Positions 40,785 through 52,859 of a DNA stretch of 64,000 nucleotides are shown in pieces. The notes under the pieces were generated by a model. The model did not search any database. It was not told where the DNA came from and worked only from the letters and a program-made list of their open reading frames with translations. Position 1 is the first letter of the stretch; each line of letters starts with the position of its first letter. This DNA comes from Saccostrea echinata (lineage: Eukaryota). The position numbers and the translations under genes were made by a program. Location: contig NW_026889803.1 in assembly GCF_033153115.1 (NCBI RefSeq), positions 12,028,001 through 12,092,000 on the forward strand, given 5' to 3'.

Positions 40785-40826
40785 TTGTTGACCGGTTTCG
40801 ACCAGAGACGGTCATCATCTGAACAA
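40785..40826 (-). ncRNA. Minimal type-I hammerhead ribozyme-like motif (variant or decayed core)
   Basis: Minus strand ttgtt-cAgatgat-gacc gtctct ggtc-gaaa-ccg-GTC-aacaa, then aataaa; U4 of CUGANGA is A. Confidence 0.6.
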
Positions 40827-41614
40827 TTATACAAGAAGTTTTATCTATTGAAGTAAAAATTGTGGATGACTTTGCTATAAACAAACAAAATTGCGGAAGA
40901 TTGATACAGCATGCAGATTAGATTTGCATTATTTTTATACATATTCTAATTCTTTGACATCGTAAATAAAAAGTTATGTATGGTATAAAATATAATACAT
41001 TGAATGTCTGTGTAGTGAGATTAATTAAATAGCTAGTCCATAAATTCCATGAATTGTGATTGATTCTGTAGATGTTGATTTTGAGGGATCATGAAATTTT
41101 GGTTTGTTGGCTGGTACTATTCTGAAGATTGGTTTTTTCATACTTCTTGGTCGGCTTTCAAATGGGCTATTCCATTTCTTTGGTTTTTCTGCCATTTCTC
41201 TGGGATTAATTGGTACAAGTAAATATAAGAGTTGCTTTAAATTCTGTATCTGGATGGTCTTTAGTAATATGACATTTGGCTACATCTTTTCGACAGTAAG
41301 ATTTTTTGCAAATATCACATTTATATAAAACTCAACAATGTTTTAGTTACAAAGTTTATTATCTACAAAAACACATATTGGATCATGGGGACCGACAACT
41401 GACTTACAGTGCGTTAATTTAACTGATCTATCTCCAGGGCATTGGAGATAGGCAAAGTATACATGGAAACACATAAGACGCAAACAAAGTAATAAGAGAT
41501 GCACAACTGATAAAATATATACATGTAGTAAACAACCCCCTGGAGAAAACTTGGGGGTTATTGGTTAAAATATGGAAAATTTTCAAGCACTTGTAATATT
41601 TGTACACCAAAACA

Positions 41615-42580
41615 GCAGAGTCATACGTTGGCATGACCAGCATGAAAAAATACATGCGTAAGCATGATTGGGTGTCATATGTCAGCATGACTACTGTACC
41701 ATGAAAGAATTACATGCGTTAGCATGATTGTGAGTCATATGTCAGCATGACTAGCATGAAAGAATTACATGCATAAGCATGATTGTGAGTCATGTCAGCA
41801 TGACTAGCATGAAAGAATTATATGCGTAAGCATGAATGTGAGTCATACGTCAGCATAACTAGCATGGAGAATCATATACATAAGCAAGATTGGTGTCATA
41901 CGTCAGCATGACTAACATGGAGAATTATATACATAAACAAGATTGGTGTCATACGTCAGCATGACTAACATGGAGAATTATATACATAAGCAAGATTGGT
42001 GTCATACGTCAGCATGACTAACATGGAGAATTATATACATAAGCAAGATTGGTGTCATACGTCAGCATGACTAACATGGAGAATTATATACATAAACAAG
42101 ATTGGTGTCATACGTCAGCATGACTAACATGGAGAATTATATACATAAGCAAGATTGGTGTCATACGTCAGCATGACTAACATGGAGAATTATATACATA
42201 AACAAGATTGGTGTCATACGTCAGCATGACTAGCATGGAGAATTGTATACATAAGCAAGATTGGTGTCATACGTCAGCATGACTAGCATGGAGAATTGTA
42301 TACATAAGCAAGATTGGTGTCATACATCAGTATGACTGCTGTGAAATGAATGTAACGTAGATGAATTTAAGTGTCATACATCAGTATGACTTGCATGAAA
42401 GAAATTCATGCATTAGCATGATTGGTGTCAAACGTCAGCATGACTAGTGTGAAATGAATGTTGACATGTGTAAGCATAATTAGATGTCATATAGCAGCAT
42501 GACTAGCATGAAAATAATCATTTGTAAGAATGATTAGGACTGAAGTCAGACCTCAGCATGACAAGCGTGAAGTGAACGTA
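41615..42580. repeat. 53-bp tandem array between A2 and B2
   Basis: gattggtgtcatacgtcagcatgactaacatggagaattatatacataagcaa at 41888, 41941, 41994...; about 18 units, decayed at both edges. Confidence 0.95.
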
Positions 42581-43308
42581 AGCAAGATGGCATAATGATT
42601 GTTAAACGATGACAAAAATCTACAGAACAAAATTAATGACACAGCAGATCAAAACAACTCCCTTACAATATAATACCAAAGCAGACAATATATTAACAAT
42701 TGACAATCCCCAAGGTAATTTCACAAGGCGTGTGGTGGGGAGGATGGTGGTGAAAAAATTTCCACAATGGCTACTGACACTAAGATGGTGAAACTGAAAA
42801 TGAGGCTAAGTTATAAATAAACAACAGATAGGCCCTGATAGGGTATATCTTGATGATAACACAGAATATCCATATTGACATAGTTTAAAGACTGAAGATT
42901 ATAATGACAGATTTACATGTATATAAACTAAGATTATAGCAATAATCTTAAATTTATATTAAACTCAACAATGTTATAGTTACAAAGTTTATTATCTACA
43001 AAAACACATACTGGATCATGGGGGACCAACAACTGACTTACAGTGCATTAATTTAACTGATCTATTTCCAGGGCATTGGAGATAGGCAAAGTATACATGG
43101 TAACACATAAGAGGCAAACAAAGTAATAAGAGATGCACAACTGATAAAATATATACATGTAGTAAACAACATACACATAGAAAACAAACATTAACCCCCA
43201 GGAGAAAACTTGGGGGTTATTGGTTAAAATATGGAAAATTTTCAAGCATTTGTAATATTTGTACACCAAGACACCAAATACAACTGTAAGGAGTTGTAGC
43301 CCCAAGTT

Positions 43309-43450
43309 NNNNNNNNNNNNNNNNNNNNNNNNNNNNNNNNNNNNNNNNNNNNNNNNNNNNNNNNNNNNNNNNNNNNNNNNNNNNNNNNNNNNNNNNNNNN
43401 NNNNNNNNNNNNNNNNNNNNNNNNNNNNNNNNNNNNNNNNNNNNNNNNNN
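43309..43450. other. Assembly gap
   Basis: Run of N. Confidence 1.
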
Positions 43451-43547
43451 CACACCTTGTGAAATTACAACAAATGAAATTTTACTTCATGATAAAACCA
43501 CATGATTGTAAGAAAAAAATGAAACAGACAGGTGTAGTTGTTGATTT

Positions 43548-44558
43548 CTACAAAACAGTAGAGGCTATTTGTTGTTGTGCATTTTGAATCACTGAAGGAG
43601 ATGTGTGAATATAGGTAGTGTAGCAATTAGAAGACCATCTACCTAAAGTTTTAATTAAATGATCTTCAATGCGCGCTTCTTGAGCAGTTGTATCCACTCC
43701 AATTCTAAAGGAATGACCGTTATAGAGATCAGAGTTCAGGCCTAATCTAGATAAAATGTCTTTGAGTGTGTCAAAGAAAATAGCTCTGGTTAAAATGGAA
43801 CCCTCTTTAGTAACAAAGAAAGGCACAGGTTGTGTCTTGAAAACTTTTGATCTTAAATACAGATATTTTGAAACAGCATTCACTGGACAAACATCTGTGT
43901 GTGTCTTAAATAATTTAATCTGAACACCATTTCTGAATGGGTCTGTTTTCGATTTCTTTAACTGTAATGAAAGAATCATGACAAATCACATCTTTGATAG
44001 AGACATAATCATAATGAGAATTACTGAGAACAGTGAATTCACCACAGCGCAAAAAACCAAAAATGCAACTGTGCAAGCTGCTTCAAACATATATGATGTA
44101 AAAATATCAAAAATTCCAGATCTGAGTAATTAACAAATTTTTGTTAGAATTGACATGGTGATAGGAAGTCTACTACGCTTAGGAATGGCATACATCCTTT
44201 GTTTCTTCTTTACACCAGTTAAAATTGATTGCAAACAAAATGAATTTTGACCAGTAGAAATATGAAAAGGATTAAACCCTTTTGATCTTGAATAAAAGTA
44301 TCTTATTCCACTTAAGTACAGTTTAATAGTTGAATAAGCCAATTTAAAGTGTTCATCACAAAATGCAACAAAGTAAATTAACAACTGTTCTGAAATTGGT
44401 GGTAAGTCACGAACATTATCATACAGTCCTCTCAGCAAAGTGAATTTTATGTAACAGTCCAGACCAACTTTGTATTGGCTGCGTGTTCTCAAGCAAATGG
44501 AGTGATCCCAGAGATTTTCTACGATAATGTCCAAATCACTTCCATTAAAGGTGGACAT
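43548..44558 (-). pseudogene. Tyrosine recombinase, disrupted
   Basis: YSTIKLYLSG, SKTDPF, HSFRIG, LGRWSSNCYTTY; split into two ORFs. Confidence 0.9.
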
Positions 44559-46140
44559 GGTGTATTGAGACGATCTGCTTCTGGAGCCAAGTTCTTGAAA
44601 CGATTCATCTGCAAACGAGATAAACTATCAGCAATATTGTTTTTCACACCAAGAACAAATGTACTGTATTATTATGAAACTATGTGTGCAGCACATAATA
44701 ATTATTATGTGCTGCACACATAGTCAATCGTCTCATTAATTTCATAATTACGGGTTCCTTTGAGCGGCCTTTGGTGATAATTTGCACAGTTGCTTGATTG
44801 TCACAATTAAAAACAATTCTTTTGCCACCCCATTGTTTACCCCATAAAATACTAGCAACCACTATGGGATACAGTTCTAGAAAGGCCATTTATAACGTTT
44901 CCTTAACAACATGAGGTAGGTCGACTGGCCATCTATCGCAGAACCAGTGTCCTTCAAAGTAGCCTCCATATCCAATTGTAGAAGAGGCATCAATAAATAA
45001 CTGTATAGAGTCTGCCGTTACCTTATACGGATCATAAAAGATGGAAATACCATTCCAGCTTGATAAGAATTCTAACCACATGTATAAATCTGCCTTACAC
45101 TCTTTGTTCAAATGTATATGGTGGTAACTCTCTTTGACCGAGGACATGAGTTTGTAGAGATAAGAGACAAATGACCAGGTAAGATTACTCCGGAGGCAAA
45201 GTTTAAATGTCCTAGTAGTTGTTCTAATTCCTTTTTTGTGCAACTTTTCTTTGATAGAATGATTCTAATGCATGACGTAATTCTATCAATTTTATCAAGG
45301 GGTAATCTGGCTTGCATGTTGATGGTGTCAAGAATTATCCCCAAATATTCTAATTCACAAGTTGGTCCTACAGTTTTTTTTGGGTGATAAGGGCAAATTA
45401 AGTCTGTGAAAAAATTGTACACAATAAAGCCATAGTTCTTTCACCGCAACTTTCTGGCTTATCTACTGTTAAAAAGTCATCTAATAAACGTAGGATATTT
45501 TCAATTCCATAATTATTCTTTGCAATCCAACAAATAGCTGATGAAAGATTGTCGAATAATTTGGGGCTTGATCTGCAACCAAATGGCAACCGCACATAGT
45601 GGTAATAGTTCTTTTTCCATTTGAAGCAGAAGAGGTGCCATTGATTAGGACTAATAGGAATTTGCTTAAAAGGATCTGTCATATCTGTTTTGCACATGAG
45701 ACTACCTTTGCCTAATTTTTGAATAATTTGAATTGCATCGTCTATCTTCACGTATGACAAAGAACACTGTTCCTTGTTGATAAGATCATTCACACTTGGT
45801 TCTGAATTGTTATGTGGTGAGGACAAATCAAAGATCAAACGTTTTTTACCAGAATATTTGTGAGTTGCTATTCCTAGTGGGCTTACTCTGTAGGAGTTAA
45901 AGGGAGGTAGCGAAAAGGGTCCTTTAACATATCCCTTGTGAAGTTCAGTTTTTAAAAGTTCATCAACTACGATTGGATTCTGTCGAGCAGACAAGGAATT
46001 TTTGCATTCAAAGGTTTGTAAATTGTTATCAACAACTAAGGTATCAAAACCTTGTTCTAAACTAGAACACAAGTAATTCACAAAACTTTTGTCTGGTTAT
46101 GGAGAAAGTTCAAATCTAAGTTTGTCAACATTGATGCTTG
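44530..46140 (-). pseudogene. RT/RNase H, multiple frameshifts
   Basis: LPFGCRSSP, LLDDF, LEYLGI, FIDAS, LELYPIV, CDN. Confidence 0.92.
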
Positions 46141-46156
46141 AAAGTGGTTCATTTAG

Positions 46157-47456
46157 TCATTTGGTATTTGGTTTAAATTGACTGCTAGTAGCTTTTTGTT
46201 GAGGTTCATTCATCACTTTAGATGTTTGAGTACATAGAATTTTGGGATATCCATTAGCCTTGCATGCTGTACAAATGTGACCATATCTACAATATGGTTT
46301 GCTGCAGCCTTTTGTAGAGTTGTAATTATTACAGATTTGTTCACCATAGTGGAATAAAATTTCTCTGCCATGGATATCTTTCTGTTGACGATACCCTTTT
46401 GACCATGAATAAGGACGAAGTGTTTTGTTTTCTTACATTTCTATGTGGGCACATACCTGAGGAGTGAATGTTAGAGCCACAAGCATCACACGATTTAACA
46501 GAGGACCCAGCACATATTAAGGTTCTCAATTCGAAATCTCCCTTAGCCCAGTCAATTTTTATGTTGTGCTGTAGAAGCATAGCTGCGCATATACCTCGAA
46601 AACATTTGATGATACTCATAGAATTTGTCAGGCCATACATTAGCAGTCTCTATAATGTGTGAAAGATAACCATCTAGCTCATTAGACCTGTTAGGAAAGG
46701 CAGAACACGATTTTTTTTGTACCTTCCAAAGGCAACGATAAACTCATCTAAAGATAGACTGCATGTAAGACGTTCATCGTTTTCTTTAATTTTCTTCTGC
46801 GAAGGAGTGGTATAACTCGGGATCAGAATATCGGCATGTATTTCTGGCGACACCATATCCACGTCAGAAATTTTAACAGCTGGAGTCCCGGTGTTTGATG
46901 TAGAAGTCATAGCAGTTTGAAGACTATACTTTGCTTCATTAATCTTGTTCTATTGATTTAATGAGCTAATTGCTTGCTGACATAACTGCAAAGTACTGAG
47001 GATGACCGATTCTGACATTGCTGCTGTTGTAGGAAGTGTAGAGCTGGGCGGAAGTGGATCAGAAGCTAAAACTCTGCCGCTTGGCACTCCTGGTTCCAGA
47101 TAAACCTCAACGTTCGCAGCGCACGTGCCCCCAATAATGGAACTAACTGTAGAAACAGGTGTAACAAATGGCAAAGAATTACGAACTGATTGAAAGTTAT
47201 CGCGATTATCACCACCTTGAATATCATCAGTAATGTTCACTGGCTGAATCTCCTGATCGTCTGATTGTTGACCCTGTACAGACTGGACGTTATCTAAATA
47301 AATTCTTTTGAGTACACTGTGACTTAAATGCATATTAATGTTTATTCCAATCTCTGAAAGTTTTTTCTTCAATTCTGCGACTGTCCAATTATTAGGGTTG
47401 TCGTTATTAGACATGGTTAAGTTTGTTTGTTTCCGAGTTCGACGAACCGTGGACAT
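46157..47456 (-). pseudogene. Gag-like ORF (LEM/HeH-like N-terminus), disrupted
   Basis: NNWTVAELKKKLSEIGI..KRIYLDN; EFIVAFGRYK; CDACGSNIHSSGMC. Confidence 0.88.
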
Positions 47457-47585
47457 AACTTCCAGGTCAAACGTTAAAGTTCAGCAAATCACAAAATAAC
47501 TGATGAATGCGTAAAAACTTTCCACAAAAAGACGAAACTGATGTTACAAAAACTGAAAAATCATGATCTTGCAGTAATTCCCTTT

Positions 47586-47817
47586 GATTAATTTCCTCTT
47601 GTAAGTAGACAAGACACAGTTTGGGCAAAACCATGATTTATTATGCAATGTTACAATGGTAAACATAAGTCAATGAAGTAATCATGGGTAATTTCCCACA
47701 CAACAGTGTAAGTTTCACAGGGATATTCAAGTTATAAACAGCAATATGCAATCACGGTATAATCTAAACTATTACTACTACACTAGACATAAATAATGAA
47801 CCATAGACACACTCTTA

Positions 47818-47861
<44 letters not shown>

Positions 47862-48290
47862 AAGAAAAAAAAAATTTAACAAGTTTAAATCACAGAGTCA
47901 AACGACGTGGATTCTACCTCGGAGGATTTTCTAGGAAAGTGATGCTTACTGGCCAAAACATGGGTTGAAATAGATGAATAAAGTGATTTGATTGGATGAA
48001 ACAGTGGTTGGATTTAAAAATAGTGCAGCCCGCAATTTGATTGGATAAAAATGACGTAAATAGGTGGCGCTAGTTAGCCACCGATAGAGGGGGTTAAAAC
48101 AGAAATAGAAAACCCCAGGATATGATTGGATAATTAATAGGATCGTCCTCCGGGCAGAACCCATTTTTAAATTTAGCAATTAGACCCTTCCAGTGGAAGA
48201 TTCCATTATGGTTAAACGTAAATAAACAAAGAGCAAGTAGATACTGAAGAATACAATGTAAATTAATAATAATTAAACAACTTTAATAAC
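47586..48290 (-). mobile_element. Solo terminal unit of the SAM-Gag family inserted in the 5' UTR of the Ngaro element
   Basis: 47875-48290 nearly identical to 62665-63082; the remainder matches 16570-16730. Confidence 0.8.
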
Positions 48291-48523
48291 ACTAAATGGA
48301 ACGATGGTAATTGATAGAAAGTTGAAAAAATTTCCACAATGGCTACTGACACTAAGATGGTGAAACTGAAAACGAGGCTAAGTTATAAATAAACAACAGA
48401 TAGGCCCTGATAAGGTATATCTCGATGATAAGATAGAATATCCATATTGACATAGTTTAAAGACTGAAGATTATAATGACAGATTTACATGTATATAAAC
48501 TAAGATTATAGCAATAATCTTAA

Positions 48524-48626
48524 AATAGTACCTGGTTACAATAGGATTATGTTGTAGTTCATAGTGCCTTTTCAGGTTGCTTGCTTCTTAAAATTTGCGG
48601 TTGCAGTTAGTGCAGTGAATGTCCAT
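48524..48626 (-). pseudogene. C2H2 zinc-finger ORF, first half (continues at 41319 after the Ngaro insertion)
   Basis: MDIHCTNCNRKF*EASNLKRHYELQHNPIVTRYY + CDICKKSYCRKDVAKCHITKDHP. Confidence 0.7.
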
Positions 48627-48769
48627 TTGGTTTGTTTCCGATTCCTCTGGATTATCTGGATGTTTTCTCTTTGTGTATTTTACTTTAACCATATTTTTGA
48701 TTCATTCCTTGTGGATGTAGAGTTTCAAATATATGTATAAAGGCTTCTTCCGTTATTCGGCGTTGGTTT

Positions 48770-49460
48770 ATGTTGTTTATAACTCTGTTATATTTAAAGT
48801 CTTATTCAATCTAGGGTCTTTTTTCTCTGAGTCAACTTTATTCCTTTGGGCCTTGTGTAGTAAGGTAGGAGAATGGTAGCAAGGTTGACATCCTTACCTT
48901 TCAATTAATTGGTAATATGGTAGTGATTCAGCAGAATACCCATAGGTAGTTCCGACTCCCATTGTTTTTGTAGAAGTTTGGTCAGCACATGCTTTTGACA
49001 GTTTAGTTCTCCGTTTCTCTCATCTCCCAAGGAGTTCAGCATACCACGGGAGTAGCATCAACTTGTGCTGATTGGTCATTGGTATCGTTGGTTGTGGTCT
49101 CGACATGTTGTCAACTTTTTCTGTTAGAGAAATTATGCTGCTCTTGAGACTCTTGACTTGTTGTTTGGTCCTTTACTACACCCAATAGCTCTGTCCTAAT
49201 GTCTTGGCTATGTGCAGGTGTCACTTGACTTTCAGAATCTGTCAAATTTCCTGCTTCCTCATTTGTCGTTTGTTTGTACATGCAGGGAGGCTAAAATACT
49301 GTGTATAGTATTTTGTGGTTGTGTTACACCTTTCAACCTGAATTCCTGTCAAAGTTTATTAACTGTCCAGTTTTCTCATAAGCATTTATCAAAGGCCTGC
49401 CAATTAGGCCTATTGCAATTCCTGATTGGCGGCATTTCACAAGTTTATTCCCAGTCTAGG
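48770..49460 (-). pseudogene. Decayed YR gag (related remnant at ~59400-59760)
   Basis: NWTVNKL..KGVTQPQN, GKDVNLATIL, KKDPRLNKTLNITEL. Confidence 0.65.
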
Positions 49461-49699
49461 ATAAAACACAAAAGATCATAAAAGGTCCAAAAAAGTTAAT
49501 CCAGAAAATGTACATATCACATGATGCAACTTCGAAAACAAAAGTAGATGCAAATATGAATTTAAGTTTAAAGTAATGACAAAACAAGACACAATTCTGA
49601 CTATTTCAATAACAAAAGACAGACTGAGATAACATCCCTTTCCATGATTTTGATTGGTTAAATTGATCACGTGGTTTTGTTTATAAGCAGCCCAAACAC

Positions 49700-50670
49700 A
49701 TACTTACAGATTATGAAAATTGGTACAGACTTCTATTCAACCAGTACATAATAATAACTGTTGTGTATAAACAAAAATTAAATAAATTTCCATGTGTAAC
49801 AAAATATATCGAAGTTTGTTCTGATACTGGGGGTGGACGGTAATCATCAGGTGTAATTCCAATAGATGAAAGGAAATGATAGAATGTAGTAATTTAAATC
49901 CTACTTTATAAGCACTTTGGTGTTTTCACTAAAGGAAGATTCACAGAGTTCCTCAGCCTGTTTCTCTAATAAAGGATAAGCTCCTGGAGGGATGGAATTT
50001 CTACTAAGTCTGCAGATTGCCAGTGGAGCTGCCTGCCTGAATTTGGTCATCTGAAAATAAAAGATAAAGAGTCTGCTATTATGATTTTCTTTCCAGGAAC
50101 ATGATCACATAAAATAATGAAATAGTTGCAAGCTGATTTCCATGTTAACTTTCTTAGCTATTTCATGATCATTGGTGATTTAGGTCTATGTTTCATGATA
50201 ATTTGTACTGTAGCTAAATGTGATTCTTTTGCCTGACGGTATGAGCAAGGGTTTCAAAAACTGCTGGGAAACTTGAGGCCGCTGGATTTTGGTTACTGGA
50301 AGTAGTTATTTTTGGATAAGTCTTACGTGGAATAGATGTTGTATTGGCAGATAGTTGTTCAGATACCACTGATGAACTCCGGGGATTTATAGGTTGTTCA
50401 GAAAAACCATTTGGTTGGACAGAAATCTCTGTGGATTCGAACATCGACGGCCCTGCTTTCACTAGAATATTAATAGCCCCAGTATCTTTTTCCAACACAT
50501 TGTCCATGTACAATTTCCATAACACAGAGATAGGGAAGTTAGAAGAGGGGCTTATTTTTGCCTCTGACAATTTTTCACGTAGAATAACAGCAGACCAATT
50601 TAAATAGTTTGTCATGTCAAGTGAGTCACTGGAGGTTTTCCGTCTTTATGCACTTCTCGTGGTTGCCATT
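49700..50670 (-). pseudogene. Internally deleted YR element (gag start, RNase H end, YR start)
   Basis: NWSAVILREKL..KLYMDN; IADSLS..QMTKFRQAAP-like remnant near 50030-50090. Confidence 0.6.
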
Positions 50671-52344
50671 GTTGTATGAAATGCATTTGATATATTAAAA
50701 TCCACAATTTCACTAATTATAGAGAAGGTTTTTCCAAAATAACATCATCAACAACATAATTTAACCCTAGTAGCTTATATAAAATACACAGTACGTGTTA
50801 GTGCTCTGAGCTGAACATTTTTGCCTGCGTTGGGGTGCATTTGTTTAAGCAATTTAATTCAGATTTTATTGAAAAAACATAGACATATTATATATCAAAA
50901 TGTTCAGCAGAGATAGGACTTTCATATTTTGATAGCCAGTTTTCATTCTTTGCATAAACAAATAGGTAATTTACAGGTAAAGCGAATATATCACAAAAAA
51001 CACAACTTTTTCTTCATGGGACTAAACTTTTATTCATACTTATTCACTAAGATGCTTACTGATGGTAATACAGATAATTTTTAATACAGGGACATAGTTT
51101 TGATACAACTTTTCAATGTTTGTATAGTCACATCGTAAGAAATACCTTCGTCAAAAGTTGGTGTCTGCCATTGTTGATTTTACCTTGATGTGGAATCTCG
51201 ACATTTGCTTATTTCTCTCTTAATCTGGCTTCTTTAAACTATTATTTTCATAAGTCATGATATGATTGTCTTTATTTCTGTTGAGTTTATATAAAATAAA
51301 ATACTTAGGATCGTTTTTAACTCGGACATATCGAAGTCTACACCCATGAATCCAACCTTGGCATGGGCCGATGGCCGTCTAGCAAATTTCACATTTAAAA
51401 CATATGTTTAGCATATTCTTCTTCATAGAAAATGTCGAAAACATCTTGTAGTAAGTATCAATCAAGTTTTTTACCACAATTTTAGTCTCTAAACAAGTTT
51501 ACTAGCACATCGAAAAATGTTTTCTTGAATACGATATTTTAATAAACACATAAAGTAAGGGCATGGTTATTGGTAAATGAACACATTTTAGTTGCCATCT
51601 ATACACTGCACACTGAAGAGTTATAATTTTATGGTATTTTTTGCAGATAATCTGCCCTTTGATTTTGAATAAACAGTTTATTGCTTAATTTTTGATCAAA
51701 TCAAGCATTCATAATATTTTAATAGGTTTAATTCGATTAAAACTGTTTTTAATCAACAAAGATCTCATTAAACAGAAAATCACAAGAAAACTGGATGTAA
51801 TCAAATTTATTTTATTGTAACAGTCCAACATACAAGCATACCCCATAACTTGAATATAGGTCTCTTGCTGCTATAAGCATACATTTACATTCACAGAATA
51901 TGTATTAATTAAAAAACATTGCCCATACTTTGCAAAATTATGCCAATATGTATACTTATGACAAAAATTATATATATTTTAATGGAAGAGATGCAGCTGG
52001 AGAATAATTTTTTTACTATTTAAACAGCATACTCACCAAAAAACCTGAAGTTTTGTCATAGTTAAAAAGAGGTTATTAAGTTTCTTCAATGTTACAGAAG
52101 AAATTACTTTTGCTATCACAAGTGGATCCAAAGATTTCTTACAACTGTAGTAGGACAAATGAAATATGTCATCACTATCACAGTGTGATATGAGCTTCAG
52201 ATCAAATAATTTCTGTAGAGAAGAAACATCTCCGATGGCTTTGTAGGCTTCATGGGTTTCTCCCAACAATTTCTGAACAAGATTCTGTTTTCTATAGTTT
52301 CTGACATGGCTTTTCTTGAAAGTTTCAAAGTGTCGATGATCCTT

Positions 52345-52792
52345 AAAGTCCAAAGGGGATATAATATGTCTAGGATATTTCCCCAACACAAAAACTTTGT
52401 TACAACTGCTAAAAAATTAATAACAAAAAATTGTTATGACTGGCATGGCCTGCAGGTTCAAAGATTTTTTTTTAAAGTGACGCTATCTACAGATCAGCTT
52501 AAATAATTAATATAGATAATAGGAATCTGATTGGTGAATTACATTGTTATTTTTTGAAATTTGGCATAGAACGATACTGATTGAGGGAAAATAATGTAAA
52601 TAGAGGGCGCCCTCTGAATATAGAGGGTACCTCAATAGCCCCTAGGGGGATCCCCATTGGGGCTCAAAAGCAGACAATTTCTAGCTGAAATCTGATTGGT
52701 TTAAATAATATAAACAACATGGGTAATGGCTCCCACGCAAATACAAAATGACCACAATTGTAAATTAATAACAAATTACATTTAATATTACA
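52345..52792 (-). mobile_element. YR-element 5' terminal repeat, same family as 6900-7371
   Basis: Colinear high identity including tctaggatatttccccaacacaaaaac and ccctagggggatcccc. Confidence 0.8.
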
Positions 52793-52859
52793 TTAAATGC
52801 CAGTCAATTTATCATAAAAGAAAAATAAAAGAATAAAAAAAATCGTTATACAGATCGAT

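Larger units (their letters stand above)
41320..48523 (-). mobile_element. Full-span Ngaro/PAT-type YR retrotransposon with split direct repeats
   Basis: A1 48323-48523 = A2 42751-42952; B1 42953->43308 = B2 41320-41612; order A1-gag-pol-YR-B1A2-B2. Confidence 0.92.

Noticed and set aside
41615-42580. CRISPR-like array
   Set aside because: Head-to-tail identical units without unique spacers, no cas genes, eukaryotic context
47946-48179. 77-aa ORF repeated at 62738-62971
   Set aside because: Conserved only because the terminal repeats are near-identical; not kept in the diverged 16.8-17.1 kb copy
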